Source: Octopus vulgaris
Taxonomy: Eukaryota
DNA length: 64,000 nt
Reading direction: 5' to 3'
NCBI GenBank assembly: GCA_951406725.2
Contig: OX597831.1
Span: forward strand, 1,488,001 to 1,552,000
Of this stretch, positions 62,682 through 64,000 are shown one piece after another. The first letter of the stretch is position 1. Each line of letters begins with the position of its first letter. A program made the position numbers and the translations under genes. The notes beneath the pieces are model-generated. The model saw only the letters and a program-made list of their open reading frames with translations. It made no database searches and was not told the DNA's origin.

Positions 62682-64000
62682 ATGTCTAATTCTGCTGTTA
62701 GAGGTAAATGTTAAACAACAATGTATCGCCTGCCTAGTGACTGGACTGATTATCTACTCATGCTGTATTCACATGTAAACATGTTTTGTTTTGGAGAGGA
62801 CAAAGAGGCGGGTGGGTCACAAAAGGAGAATTTTTAAGAAATGGGTAGACATTGTGATATCTTTAGTGTTGTTGGGTTTGACACAATACACCCATTGTTG
62901 ACCCTTGTGATACTTCAATAATGGGATGGGTTTACATAACGCATTCTTGTTAACCCTAAAAATCAAGGTCGCCTTATTGACCTACCAGTAAGATTATGCC
63001 AAGCTGACTTCTTAATACTGCACTTTTGACTAATTTACTCCATGTGAAATTTCTATGAATTTAATGTCAATCCATGTCATTCCCACTGTTTCTATAGTCG
63101 ACCAGTAATGATCCCTATAGATATATATATATATATATATATCAAGCCACTAAAACAAGTTCTGTTAACCCATGTAATTCCTCCAATGTTCATTACAGCA
63201 AATCTTCATGATTAGTAATATATATCAGACCTCTAAAACAGCTCTCCATTAACCCATGTGATCCCTCTATGTTTACACATTTGGCCTGTATGATCCCTAT
63301 ATACTACACAATCCCTAAAATAATTCGCTGGTGACCCAGCCAATCCTTTGAAAGTCAGCTTGCTACTAATATTGCCCATGGATAGTCTTAATGAGTTTTT
63401 ACCTACCATTCATCGAACTGCTCTGACAGTTTTTAAGGTTTTTTTTTTTTTAAATGAACACAATCCCATCCACTCCTTATCAAAATATGAATTCCACCCT
63501 ACAACATAATGAAACTACTTATTTTCCTTTCATTAGAAAAAAAATCTTTAACACTCTCTCTCTCCCCTCTATATACCTGTTGGTTAAAAGTTCAAATTGT
63601 TAAAATTTCTGAACTTCAAGCTGGAAATTTAAACAATAAAAATTTTTGAAGAAAATGAATTTTCCAAACATTGTTTTGTTCTGTTGTTTTTTTTCTCTCC
63701 TCCACTCTTTCGCCAATATTTGCCATTCATGGAATTGTTAATTGGCACATAAAATATTTGAATTTTTTTCTTTTAAAGCTTTGATTATCTCCCTTGCATT
63801 GAGCCGGACATAAGGTGAGCTGTTTTCCAGTAAAAGGGACTGAGACAATTAGTGTCCTGTCCCCAGATACAATGATTCCTTTAACCTATAGTTGAACTAT
63901 ATGTTATCAATGTCCAGCTCTGATTACAGACATTTCAAGACTCTACATCTTTGATGTTTTTCTTCTTTTTAGATCCACTGTAGACTATGACCTTACCATC

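Larger units (their letters stand above)
62291..63489. repeat. ~125-bp direct duplication (62291-62416 and 63363-63489) flanking the terminal VPS41 exon
   Basis: CTACTA..CCCATGGATA.TCTTAATGAG..TTTACCTACCATTCAT..ACTGCTCTGACAGTTTTTAA..CAATCCCATCCACTCCTTAT in both copies. Confidence 0.9.

Overview
AT-rich, microsatellite- and transposon-dense animal DNA. The repeat landscape suggests a cephalopod, probably Octopus; this is inferred from recalled repeat families, not from a search. The window holds one spliced protein-coding gene on the + strand: VPS41, a HOPS tethering-complex subunit. I reconstructed 22 GT-AG coding exons (15132-62603; 2229 nt = 742 aa + stop) whose phases join into one uninterrupted frame: WD40 propeller, alpha-solenoid/clathrin heavy-chain repeat, and a C-terminal RING-H2. 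Roughly the first 100 aa were not found and probably lie upstream of the window. Introns contain Tc1/mariner, hAT and piggyBac-type elements, RTE, CR1, R4/Dong-like, Hero-like and Penelope-like retroelement fragments, several SINE-like families, and micro/minisatellites. Most ORFs in the supplied track are low-complexity or repeat artefacts. No new protein-coding system is evident. The best leads are at the RNA level: (i) a GAT-tailed retroposon whose 5' end is a variable array of ~65-nt pseudoknot-capable units; (ii) minimal hammerhead-like motifs with a variant core; (iii) a Hero fragment that appears to supply the branch/pyrimidine region of a VPS41 acceptor plus a competing AG; (iv) many close inverted repeats (ADAR/circRNA substrates); (v) a duplicated block and a possible second terminal exon at the 3' end.
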